Shown: positions 48,935-58,492 of the stretch, in pieces
Position numbering within the stretch: position 1 is the first letter of the stretch
How the letters are laid out: each line of letters opens with the position of its first letter
Assembly (NCBI GenBank): GCA_964413425.1
Contig: CAYPST010000010.1
Span: 5,070-69,069 of the forward strand
Reading direction: 5' to 3'
DNA from: an uncultured bacterium
GTDB taxonomy: Bacteria; Fidelibacterota; JAANXI01
Length of the DNA: 64,000 bases
Program-made: the position numbers and the translations under genes
Notes under the pieces: generated by a model
Databases searched by the model: none
The model's input: only the letters and a program-made list of their open reading frames with translations
Told to the model about the DNA's origin: nothing

Positions 48935-49312
48935 GGGTTCTCCTTTTATTGTTTGATTTGCCTGAGTATTCCAAAAAATCAGCACACAGATTCACACGGA
49001 AAAAAACGGAGGATCGCAGATTATCCACACATCCCAACACCTCGAAGTATATAGGTGCATAAGTACATACGTGTCGGCGATTGTATGGTAAATTAACCAT
49101 GAATTATCGACTCCGGAGTAGTAATGCAGGAAAGAGCGACGCTTGCAGCCTCTATGCACTTATGTCCGTATGTACCCGATGAAGTGCAGGTGTGAGGCCT
49201 CCTTCCTCTTGCCTCTTTACTCATTCCTATTGTTAAATCGCTATTCATCCTTTTTTTCCGTGTTCATCTGTGTGCTATGCTTTTCATCGCAAGAATACTT
49301 CGGATTTGTATG

Positions 49313-50887
49313 TTATTTAAGTTCAAATCTCTCCCTGGGTAACAGACCGGGACACTCAGCAAGTAGTTTGTTTAACACTTCCGGTTCAATTGGTTGTCCG
49401 GGTTGTGCCATAATTTCTTGAAGACGATCCTGTGCTTTGATTAGCACCTGATCTTCCATTTCGTCAGTTTCGAACGGATACGGTGAGGAGACCAATCCCT
49501 TCCTCCGGGCTTTGCGGAAAGATCGTGCGAACAGTTTGGTGGGAGAATCGACCGTGCGTCGAATCCCCTGAACAGCGGTATCGACCTCCTCTTTTCCAAA
49601 GATGGGCTGGCGCAGAATTTCCCGGATAATCCCGAGGTGGGCATCGTCAAGTACTGCCTGTAAAGGCGAAAAGGTGTTCGTTTTTTCCAGCAGGCCAATC
49701 GCATAGTGGATATATTGTGCGCCTGCTGCCGCCACTTCCAGCTGGGAAAAGAGTTTTTCGACAGTGGCCTGTACTCCGGGCACCTTTGCATCACCGACCC
49801 CGGCAGAGGAATAGCAGGGAATACCATAATGGCGGGCCATTTGAATACAATCGACATTATAGTGGATAAATTCCGGTGCGCCGTAGAAATCATGCAGGGT
49901 GTCCTGACGGGCGCGCACCGGCACAGCGCCATATAACACCGGGGTCCCGGGATTGGTAAGCTGCGTCAACGCGATCCCTGCCAGCAGTTCGGCATTAATC
50001 AGAGACACCATCCCTTCTTCCTGGACGGGTGCTGTTGAGCCGCCCTGGGGCGAGCTGGAGATCGCCACCGGAATACCTTGTTCAGCGATCCGAATTAATT
50101 TTTCCGTGGTATCATCCACCATCTGCAACGGGCTCTTTATCACACAGGTGATAAAAGATATAATCGGATTCTGGCGAAGTGCTTCTTCGCCCCCGGCGAT
50201 ACGTTCGGCTAACTGTATGACCGTATCCAGAGATCGGAGATCTTCCAGGCCGGCCTGGACATGTTTGGTCATGTACATTAACGCCGCCATGAACATATTG
50301 ACATCTTTGTTTTCCGGCGTGATGTCCGGGTCCTGGATATTGACATTCCGGATGAAGAAATCCACATGATCTAACGCATTGCACAATTTTGCAGATTGAC
50401 AGAGATGCAGCAGTGAGCCTCGTTCCCTGTGAAAAGCGACACCTTGCTTCTCAATGGACGGCGCATCCTTTTTCACATAAGTCGTTAACTCGGATTGGAG
50501 TATGTGATTGGTTTCCGCGCCGGTCCCGAAATACACCATCGGTTCCGCAGCATTGAGTTGTAAGGTGTTGTCCGGGTTCCGGGCACCGAGCATCACTTCG
50601 GTGGGAACCGTCTCCAGTATCCGGGTGATCACCTCTTCCGGGAAACGAATATTCCAGATCGTTTGATGGGTGCTTTCCTCCCGGACATCGCATCCCGCAT
50701 TCCCATAGATTTCCGCAGCATGAGCGTTGTGGCACACAATCCCGGGATCCGCCAGAATATCCAGCGAGGCCTCATGCAGCATTTGCACCTGATCCTCGTC
50801 GATGCGCACCCGCGGCTGAACCAGGGTACCGGGCCTGACTTTCCGTTCGCTCATGCTTTCCGGGGATGAGGTCACTTTACCTGACAT
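49313..50887 (-). CDS. MttB-family methyltransferase paralog 2, non-pyrrolysine
   Basis: 524 aa; YFGTGAETN, IPVAISSSPQGGSTAP, GIPCYSSAGVGD blocks. Confidence 0.8.
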   Translation of the reverse strand: MSGKVTSSPESMSERKVRPGTLVQPRVRIDEDQVQMLHEASLDILADPGIVCHNAHAAEIYGNAGCDVREESTHQTIWNIRFPEEVITRILETVPTEVMLGARNPDNTLQLNAAEPMVYFGTGAETNHILQSELTTYVKKDAPSIEKQGVAFHRERGSLLHLCQSAKLCNALDHVDFFIRNVNIQDPDITPENKDVNMFMAALMYMTKHVQAGLEDLRSLDTVIQLAERIAGGEEALRQNPIISFITCVIKSPLQMVDDTTEKLIRIAEQGIPVAISSSPQGGSTAPVQEEGMVSLINAELLAGIALTQLTNPGTPVLYGAVPVRARQDTLHDFYGAPEFIHYNVDCIQMARHYGIPCYSSAGVGDAKVPGVQATVEKLFSQLEVAAAGAQYIHYAIGLLEKTNTFSPLQAVLDDAHLGIIREILRQPIFGKEEVDTAVQGIRRTVDSPTKLFARSFRKARRKGLVSSPYPFETDEMEDQVLIKAQDRLQEIMAQPGQPIEPEVLNKLLAECPGLLPRERFELK

Positions 50888-51144
50888 TTCCTATTGTTCC
50901 GGCACGTTTTATAACGGCAACTGAGTTTGCTTCCCGGGCAGAGAGAGGGAAGGGCATCCCTCTCCTTCCGAAGGAGAGGGAAAGAGGGAGGTTATTGTCT
51001 CCCGCTGCTAGTTCCTCCCTTATCGCCACAACGTGAGCGCTCTCGTCTGGCACCTTTGGAATGCACTGAATTATCTTAAAAGCCATCTTTAGTAATTCGT
51101 GTCAATCCGTGTTAATTAGTGGTTCCATTCCTTGTCTACTTACG

Positions 51145-51957
51145 TTACTGCGTAAATAACCCCTGTCTCTCCGCCCGGGAATAATGCCGGCAGTATCGAT
51201 CTTGTCCGGCGAACAGTTCCCCCAGCAGTATGGCTCTTTGAATCTCCGGATCCGTAGGATCACAAATGGCCGAATCGAGTCCGTGTGGGATGGCGTTGAG
51301 AAGAAACGCGGCATTCAGCACGGTTCGGGATCGCAGCCCGAACGAGATGTTCGATACGCCAACCGTTATTCTTGAGTCCGGGAATTCACTTCTGAACCGA
51401 TGCACGGCTTCCAGAGCAACCTTCCCGAACGTATGATCCGAGGAGAGAGGCATCGCCAGGGGATCAAACAGAATATTCTCTGCCGGTATGTCGAACTTTC
51501 CGGCCTCTTCGTGAATTGCCCGGCAATTCTCGATTTTCTCGTCTACTGTCTTGGGCATGGTTTCACCGCCCATGGCCAGTGCAATCATCGGCATGCCTTC
51601 CCGGGCAACCAGCGGTAAGAGTTCCTGTAAAATCCGTTCCTCATTTTTAATGGAGTTCAGAAGCCAGCCCCGGTTTCCGTTAAGATACGCAGCCGCTTTT
51701 TGTATGATCTCCGGCTCTGCAGAATCGATGCTGAATGGTTTGTCCGTGCATTCCAGTGCAATGTCAATTAACCAGGACATGTCAGCGATTTCTTGCCGGG
51801 GATCCCCGCTGCCGGTGCCGGCATTCAGATCGATGTAATCAGCACCTGCTTCATCCTGTGAGGCGATCTGATCGCGTATGACCGCATCATCCCGATTCTT
51901 AATGGCCTCTGCAATGACAGTCCTTGTGGCGTTGACTTTTTCACCGATAACTAGCAT
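51145..51957 (-). CDS. methyltetrahydrofolate:corrinoid methyltransferase (pterin-binding, MtrH/MtgA/AcsE-like)
   Basis: LVIGEKVN N-terminus (IGERIN-like), DLNAG, pterin-binding barrel pattern; 270 aa. Confidence 0.75.
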   Translation of the reverse strand: MLVIGEKVNATRTVIAEAIKNRDDAVIRDQIASQDEAGADYIDLNAGTGSGDPRQEIADMSWLIDIALECTDKPFSIDSAEPEIIQKAAAYLNGNRGWLLNSIKNEERILQELLPLVAREGMPMIALAMGGETMPKTVDEKIENCRAIHEEAGKFDIPAENILFDPLAMPLSSDHTFGKVALEAVHRFRSEFPDSRITVGVSNISFGLRSRTVLNAAFLLNAIPHGLDSAICDPTDPEIQRAILLGELFAGQDRYCRHYSRAERQGLFTQ

Positions 51958-51964
51958 AATCCCC

Positions 51965-53464
51965 TCAATCTGTACTTACAGGTTCATTCTGAAACAAATC
52001 TGCTTGAATATTTGGGAATGAGCCCCTGAACTGTTCAAGAGTATCCTCTTCAACATACAGGGTGGGGTCTTCCGCGAGGAACTGCTCCACACATTCATGA
52101 GCCTCTTCTGCGGTGGTTCTGCCGCCATTGGTTATCCAGGTTTCCCGCTTGTCCCGGTTGGTCAGGGCGGGCGTATAGTGTTCCTCGTGCATATAAGTCC
52201 GGGTATGGCGCCCCGCGACGAAATTCCCGCCGGGACCGACCTCTTTGATCGTCTCAAAGGCGAGTGTATCAGCGTTCACCTCAATACCTTGCAACACCCG
52301 CATGACCATTCCCAGGATTTCATTGTCGATGATTAATTTCTCTTTACTGACCGTGGTTGCGAACTCCATTAATCCGGCGGCATCGTGGATAAAATCTCCG
52401 CCCGCCATAGCGACCAGAAGATTGTTTATCGCGGACTCGTACCCGCTTTGCGCATCCAGAGTTTTGGAGTCGCTAATCCCGGCGGTCGAGTAGTAGGGAA
52501 AGCCATAGAAGCGGGCCAGCTGGGCACTGGCGGCGTTCAGCATGCCGCTTTCCACCGGTCCGCCCAGGTAGCTGAGATCCTGCATATTTACCGAAGAGGC
52601 CACACTCCCATAGATGGCGGGAGCGCCCGGATCGGCCAGCTGGGTCAGCATGATATGTATAAGTCCGTCGCAATTTTGCATCACCAGCGTCCCTGCCAGG
52701 GTAATAGGCGCCGTGGCTCCGCTGAGCGGCTCCACCGGCACTGCCACCGGAATGCCTTTGCGGGCCAGTTGAATGATAAATTTGCCGTACTTGCTATCCA
52801 ATCGCAGAGGACTGATACCACAGGCGATTATAGAAATAAATGGCCTTTCCCGAAGCCCTTCCGGGCTCCCGGCAAGTTTTTCAGCCATCCTGATGACATC
52901 ATTGACGCCCTGTTGAGTGTATATTCCGCCCATCACGTGTTTGGACGTATACATCATGCCGGTGAGGAACCGGTGCACATCCACGTCTTCCACCGGCAGT
53001 TCAGTGGGGTAGGTGGGGAGCAGCATTACATGGATGTTATCCAGCTGATCAACCAGCCGGACAATATCCACGAGATCCTGTAAAGTGGCGGGACGATTGG
53101 TGTCTTCTCCGTGATCCAGGATGTTCATTGCAGTGCCGCCGGTGCCAAAATAGACATTGCCTGCACCCAGCTGCACGTCCTGATCCGGTTGCCTGCCACA
53201 GAGCGTAACCTGCCGCGGCACCGACGAAATAACATCCATCACCTGGGATTCGTTCAGGCGAACGATGTCTTCCCTGGTATCGATTTCCGCGCCGATTTCG
53301 TCGAATAAGGCGAGTGCTTCCGGTTCCGTGACTTCGAATCCCACTTCTTCCAGGACCCGCATACTGGTATTGTGAATTTGCTGAATATCCTCTGAACTCA
53401 GTGGTTCATACAGCCGGCTCTGTTGGTCGAGTTCCTGTTCAAGTGTGCGAATAATGTCAATCAT
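51965..53464 (-). CDS. MttB-family methyltransferase paralog 3, non-pyrrolysine
   Basis: 499 aa; YFGTGGTAMN, IPVAVPVEPLSGATAP, GFPYYSTAGISD blocks. Confidence 0.8.
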   Translation of the reverse strand: MIDIIRTLEQELDQQSRLYEPLSSEDIQQIHNTSMRVLEEVGFEVTEPEALALFDEIGAEIDTREDIVRLNESQVMDVISSVPRQVTLCGRQPDQDVQLGAGNVYFGTGGTAMNILDHGEDTNRPATLQDLVDIVRLVDQLDNIHVMLLPTYPTELPVEDVDVHRFLTGMMYTSKHVMGGIYTQQGVNDVIRMAEKLAGSPEGLRERPFISIIACGISPLRLDSKYGKFIIQLARKGIPVAVPVEPLSGATAPITLAGTLVMQNCDGLIHIMLTQLADPGAPAIYGSVASSVNMQDLSYLGGPVESGMLNAASAQLARFYGFPYYSTAGISDSKTLDAQSGYESAINNLLVAMAGGDFIHDAAGLMEFATTVSKEKLIIDNEILGMVMRVLQGIEVNADTLAFETIKEVGPGGNFVAGRHTRTYMHEEHYTPALTNRDKRETWITNGGRTTAEEAHECVEQFLAEDPTLYVEEDTLEQFRGSFPNIQADLFQNEPVSTD

Positions 53465-53470
53465 AGTTCT

Positions 53471-54148
53471 TCACGCAGCCTCTCTTCGATATGGACAGGT
53501 ATTCTTTTTACAGGTTCTGCAAGCATTTCTGGTTAATTGTATGCCCTCCTTCCCTCCGATTCCCATGAGCCCGGAGATCGTTTTCCTCGGAGACATCAAT
53601 GCGGTGTCAAGCAGGCGCACTCCGATCCGGTCCGAGGGAAGCAGAGCAAACAGTTTTTCCTGTTCTCCTATCGGCCAGTCACAATAACCCGGACTATAGC
53701 GGAAAGTTGTTGTTTCTTCAGGTTCCAGGGTTTGTTCAATACGGTTTTGAATAGACTGTGCTGTTGTTTCCGCAGCCACCGAAGCAGCCGCATCCAGAAT
53801 AAATCCATAATGCGGCTTACGCTCCATTGTCTCCCGGATCCTTTGATCGACATCCTCACCCAGGGTCAGCAGGAAAACCACCGTCCTGTCGCAGGTAGAC
53901 AACACTTCCGCAAGCATAGGGCTCTCCAGAGGGACATCTCCTTCCAGAATCACCGTGTTCTCTTCAATATGATGGGAAATGATCCGCTCGATTGCCCGGG
54001 GATGCGCCAATTCACAGATCTCCTGCTCGGCGTGCTGCATTTCTGTTGCCACCCGAGCTGACAGGGCATGGACATTTCTTTTCCCTAACCTTCGACACAG
54101 ATCTCGCCCGGAAATTTTGACCGGAATTTTCATATAATCCAAAACCAT
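53471..54148 (-). CDS. standalone MetH-activation-domain-like protein (AdoMet-binding reactivation domain homolog) with C-terminal Cys cluster
   Basis: FRYSPGYCDWPIGEQEKLFALL resembles the MetH RxxPGY..CP.HTEK..L..LL AdoMet-binding motif. C-terminal CRTCKKNTC. Size matches split-MetH activation subunits. Confidence 0.45.
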   Translation of the reverse strand: MVLDYMKIPVKISGRDLCRRLGKRNVHALSARVATEMQHAEQEICELAHPRAIERIISHHIEENTVILEGDVPLESPMLAEVLSTCDRTVVFLLTLGEDVDQRIRETMERKPHYGFILDAAASVAAETTAQSIQNRIEQTLEPEETTTFRYSPGYCDWPIGEQEKLFALLPSDRIGVRLLDTALMSPRKTISGLMGIGGKEGIQLTRNACRTCKKNTCPYRREAA

Positions 54149-54790
54149 TTTTATCTTCTCATGACCTGTTAACTAATTCTCGAACCCATAATTTCAATCT
54201 CACTAAACCTGCATGTTATGAACATGGAACAGATAACAGTATGATAACGCTTTCTGGCCAAACTTTTATCCACTCCCGTGTCAGCCATATTGTAATGGCT
54301 GACAGACAGTTCTGGTACTGAACCGAAAAACATTTTCTTTTATCTCTCCATGCTCATACCTAAACCTCTATCACTCCTTCTATTATAAATTCACTTTTGT
54401 ATGCACTTCTATATTGTTTTCAAACCAGGTATAGAATTATGCATGCTGCCTACGGTCAGGGGATGTAATGGTGGAAAGGAAGGAAGATGCCTTCTAATCA
54501 GGCAGGCTGTATTAATCCAACTATTTAGGGTAGGTTTCGAATATTTCATGAGTCGGTGTACTTATTTTTCAATTGAAAGCGATGCATGCGCTCAGCATCA
54601 AGTCATATAAATCTTTATACATCTGTTTTTCTCATTGCCTTTTCAACTGCGATTCTGTTCCGGATTCGCTTTCCCTCGATACCTCTCTTATTCCAAAGTT
54701 TCTCATAAGTGTTATAGTTTAGGAAGATGAAATGATAACTTCTACCATTAATCTTAATTGCTTATACACTAGAATTCATTAAAATAGAAT

Positions 54791-56284
54791 ATGTCCGAAA
54801 AAGTAAACATCCGCCTGGAACCCGCAGGAAAAGAATTCCAGGTCAGTTCCGGCACCCGGCTGATGGATGTGGTGCACCAGTACGGCGTGGAATTTCCCTG
54901 CGGCGGAAAAGGTACCTGCGGGGGATGTAAAGTCAGACTACTCACCGGCGATATCCATCTCACCCCTGACCACAGGGAAGCATTGCAGGAGATCGGACTC
55001 ACTGAAGAGTGGCGATTAGCATGTCTCAGTTCCGTCGAAAGTGATGTGGTGCTGGAAGTGGATCAATGGGAGCATATCATCCTGGCAGACAATACCACCT
55101 TCGAGTTCCTTCCGCGTGAAGGGTACGGCATTGCGGTGGATCTGGGCACCACAACCATCGTTTCACAACTGGTGGATCTGTCCGACGGGAATGTGATCAG
55201 CGTTCAGAGAGCCTTAAATCCCCAATCGCGGTATGGGACGGATATTATGTCGAGGATAGAGTTTGGTATACGATCACAGGAGAACGAGGAATTACTTACC
55301 GCCCTCTCCAGAGAGGTTGTCGGACAGCAGATAGAGGATTTGTTGCAGCAATCGGATGGGACGGTTTCCACCATCGTCATTGTCGGAAACACGGTCATGC
55401 ATCATACCTTCTCCGGCATTGACCTGAAGCCGCTTTCCGCGTATCCTTTTCACTCTGCCGACAGTGGAGCCCAAACCTTTCATCCCTTCGACCTTGAGCT
55501 CGACCTTCCCGGTGAGCCGCGTATCACATTCCTCCCCTGTATCGGCGGATTTGTGGGCAGCGATATCCTGGCAGGGATTATGGCAGCCAGGATGCATCGC
55601 AGTGACGAATGGATCGCCTTAATAGATTTAGGCACCAATGGTGAAATCGCCATCGGGAGTAAAGAACGGATCCTCTGTGCTTCGACGGCAGCAGGGCCCG
55701 CGTTTGAAGGCATGAATATCTCCATGGGAATGAGTGCGACCACCGGAGCCATATCTTCGGTATCTGTGGAGGAGGGGAAACTGCGATGTCATGTGATCGG
55801 AGATGAGCGGCCCAGGGGAATCTGCGGGAGTGGATTAATTGATGCCGTTGCTGTGCTGTTACAGGAGGGAAGAATCAATAATCGGGGACGATTTACCGGT
55901 TCTTCCGATACCATCGAATTGCTTTCGCCGGTATATCTCAGCCGAAGAGATATCGGGGAATTTCAGCTGGCGAAGGGCGCCATTGCCACCGGAATGCAAA
56001 TATTAATGGATCAACTCGGACCGGATCATGTGGATCTTCGGCAAGTCTATATTGCCGGAGCCTTTGGTCATTATCTCAATCCGCACAATATCCGGCAAAT
56101 CGGCATGCTGCAGCACGACCCGGATAAGATACAGAAGCTGGGGAACAGTGCATTGATCGGGGCAAAGATGTCTCTGTTTCAGGAATTTGATACCATCAAT
56201 GAGATATTAGAAAAAACCGAGCACATCTCACTGGAATCCGAACCGGACTTTCAACATATTTTTACTGAAAAAATGCTGTTCTAA
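54791..56284 (+). CDS. RamA/RACo-type ATP-dependent reductive activase of corrinoid proteins (2Fe-2S ferredoxin plus ASKHA ATPase)
   Basis: N-terminal CGGKGTCGGCKV...C ferredoxin motif; actin-like ATPase blocks (VDLGTTT, DLGTNGE). Confidence 0.8.
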   Translation: MSEKVNIRLEPAGKEFQVSSGTRLMDVVHQYGVEFPCGGKGTCGGCKVRLLTGDIHLTPDHREALQEIGLTEEWRLACLSSVESDVVLEVDQWEHIILADNTTFEFLPREGYGIAVDLGTTTIVSQLVDLSDGNVISVQRALNPQSRYGTDIMSRIEFGIRSQENEELLTALSREVVGQQIEDLLQQSDGTVSTIVIVGNTVMHHTFSGIDLKPLSAYPFHSADSGAQTFHPFDLELDLPGEPRITFLPCIGGFVGSDILAGIMAARMHRSDEWIALIDLGTNGEIAIGSKERILCASTAAGPAFEGMNISMGMSATTGAISSVSVEEGKLRCHVIGDERPRGICGSGLIDAVAVLLQEGRINNRGRFTGSSDTIELLSPVYLSRRDIGEFQLAKGAIATGMQILMDQLGPDHVDLRQVYIAGAFGHYLNPHNIRQIGMLQHDPDKIQKLGNSALIGAKMSLFQEFDTINEILEKTEHISLESEPDFQHIFTEKMLF

Positions 56285-56492
56285 TCAGGAGGAAAACAGC
56301 AAAAAGCTGTTTGGCCGCTATTCCGGGATATGCCTGCCCAGCTCCTGCAAAGCCAGATGTGCTTCCCCGGTATTGTATCACAGGAACACATTGCAGGACT
56401 GACGCGATTGCCTTCCGTACTTTCGGGGTTCATTCTGGAAACAGCTTCAGCGCAAGGTCAGATTGATACAGGTACAGGCTGCGGTATCCCGG

Positions 56493-56789
56493 TCACGTTT
56501 GCCGGGTGAGTCGCTGCCTGGGGCGCCGGCGTTCCGAGTCCTGCAGAATGTGATATGTCTTCGGTTCCGTGGAGTGCAGCAGATAGGGAAGAGTATAGCC
56601 ATGTTGCCTGCAGAGTGTGGACATTTCGGCAAATGAAGATTCTTTGCGCAGATGAGTGACAGTCCGGGACCGGCTGTGGAAGACGCGAACCGTACGGTCA
56701 TGTACACTGATGACAAACTGGCCCAGAGAGAATTCCCCGCCCGCAATCAATCTGTCCCACACTGTTTCCTCAATTGTAGTGGTATCCAT
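56493..56789 (-). CDS. hypothetical small protein
   Basis: ORF only; no motif recognised. Confidence 0.25.
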   Translation of the reverse strand: MDTTTIEETVWDRLIAGGEFSLGQFVISVHDRTVRVFHSRSRTVTHLRKESSFAEMSTLCRQHGYTLPYLLHSTEPKTYHILQDSERRRPRQRLTRQT

Positions 56790-56872
56790 GGTACACCTTA
56801 TCCTTTCGGGTCCACTGTTTATTTTTCACCGGGCATATCTGCCGCATCGACAACAGGCGTGTATTCGGAGTT

Positions 56873-57094
56873 CTAAAGTACGGGCTCGGTCTCAGGATGT
56901 TGAAGGGAAGAGATTCGGACATTCAGAGTCGTTCCGCACTCCCGGTGGTTGAACAATAAAAACGCCAGGAGCGGATCTTCAAAATGCGGCTGGTAGCCAA
57001 TGAATACAATGTTCGGATCATCGAGAAATTCCGATTGAAAATCCCATATTCTGCCACAGTTTGTACAAATCTTGAAGGGGATGGTATCGTCCAT
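56873..57094 (-). CDS. hypothetical small Cys-containing protein
   Basis: ORF only; CTNCG...HREC possible zinc-ribbon. Confidence 0.25.
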   Translation of the reverse strand: MDDTIPFKICTNCGRIWDFQSEFLDDPNIVFIGYQPHFEDPLLAFLLFNHRECGTTLNVRISSLQHPETEPVL

Positions 57095-57307
57095 GATGTA
57101 TCCCCCTTTGCATCTATTTGCATAACGATGTAAAAATATGCAAAATTAGGGCCAAACCGGTTTATTATATAAAACATCCTAGTAATTGTATTATTAAGGG
57201 AAAATTTTTCCGCACCCGGAAATTTTTTCCTGGTGAATTATTTCGAAAATCCACGGAGAAATGAAGAATATTTAACTATATGCAGGATATTTTAAAATGA
57301 TTTACAT

Positions 57308-57469
57308 GACTATTAAGTCAGTTCAGGAAAGCAATGGTATTGGCAACCTGTATGGTAGAGCGGTTGTCCCGTATCGGGGCATGCTCGTTGTTTCTGTGTC
57401 AATCTGCCTCGAAGAGATCCCGTCGGGATGTGCTATTTTTTATGAATTATCCAGGTTAGCTTAATAGCC
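57308..57469. mobile_element. mini MITE-1-like element (162 bp) with the same TIRs (GACTATTAAG ... CTTAATAGCC) and an internal hairpin plus T-tract
   Basis: TIRs match MITE-1. Interior differs but contains GATCCCGTCGGGATG-TGCTATTTTTT, a terminator-like structure. Right flank ATATTCT is identical to the composite copy. Confidence 0.5.
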
Positions 57470-57506
57470 ATATTCTTTCTTTACCCTGAAGAATCATCTA
57501 GGGATT

Positions 57507-57674
57507 GAGTCTATTTAGAAAACGCCTCGCCCCGAAGGGGTGCCTTCGGCACAGAGATCCTGTGACGACGGGACAAAGAAATTACAACATACATCTGTCC
57601 AAATAGCGGAATACATTTTGCAGATATTTTGTATACATAATACCTATACGTCAGGTTCAGCATCTTGTATCAGG
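57507..57674. repeat. R1 repeat copy 3
   Basis: GAGTCTATTTAGAAAACGCCTCGCCCCGAAGGGGTGCCTTCGGCAC...ATACCTATACGTCAGGTTCAGCATCTTGTATCAGG; 230 bp upstream of the response-regulator gene. Confidence 0.5.
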
Positions 57675-57903
57675 CCCATGATCTCTAAACACTCTCAGGG
57701 AATAACATACAAGGGAATTCTTTGAGACGTTTTTGAGACAGACCCAGTTATAGGTTTATTTGCGGATGGCAGGGCAGACCTCCCTCATTTCTCAATTCAT
57801 CGACTGTAAGAACTAAATCTGTTTGATCCACCCGAACTGCATGGCATCCGTTCCCGCCTCTTAGGCAATTTGCTGCAATTTACGGCTTAAGCGTTCGACA
57901 TAT

Positions 57904-58347
57904 TTGCCGATTATAACATTATCAATATATAATGGTCCGATACTGGAAGAAGAGGGCCCTCTGGTTCTGGTCGTGGATGATGAGGAGAGTGTGCTGCGGA
58001 ATGTTGGCCGCATCCTCCAGATCAATAATTATCGAGTAATGACGGCCGCGACCGGGGAAGCAAGTTTCAATCTGGCCCGTGAACATAAGCCGGACGTTGT
58101 GGTGATGGATATTGCAATGCCCGGATTAACAGGAGTCGAAGCGGTGAAAGTGTTGAAGAAGCATCAGCGCACCAGTGATATCCCTGTTATTATGATGACG
58201 GCATATGCCACTGAGGATTATGTGATGTTTTCTAAACAGGCCGGAGCTGACGATTATATTGCGAAACCTTTTCGTGCTTCGACACTTGTTCGAAGAATAG
58301 AGCGTATTTTAGATACACCGTCCTCTACAGCGGGAGAAAAGAGTTGA
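57904..58347 (+). CDS. single-domain response regulator (REC only)
   Basis: VVDDEE acidic pocket, phospho-acceptor D in VVVMDIAMPG, conserved T and K. Apparent TTG start. Confidence 0.7.
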   Translation: MPIITLSIYNGPILEEEGPLVLVVDDEESVLRNVGRILQINNYRVMTAATGEASFNLAREHKPDVVVMDIAMPGLTGVEAVKVLKKHQRTSDIPVIMMTAYATEDYVMFSKQAGADDYIAKPFRASTLVRRIERILDTPSSTAGEKS

Positions 58348-58492
58348 GTTATATGCAATAGAAGGAATCCCAATAGTCCGATGCTTCCCGAATATCAGAT
58401 CCCTCTCACTTCCGTAATTATTTGCTGACTCGAACTGCAGTTTCTTCATAATTCAACACACTGTGTAACTTCTGTAGAGTAGAGATAGGAAA

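Noticed and set aside
52385-53083. 232-aa + ORF
   Set aside because: Antisense to MttB paralog 3.
46686-53464. Possibility that MttB paralogs are pyrrolysine enzymes
   Set aside because: All three are uninterrupted ORFs with no in-frame TAG and no pylTSBCD genes in the window, so they are non-Pyl members.
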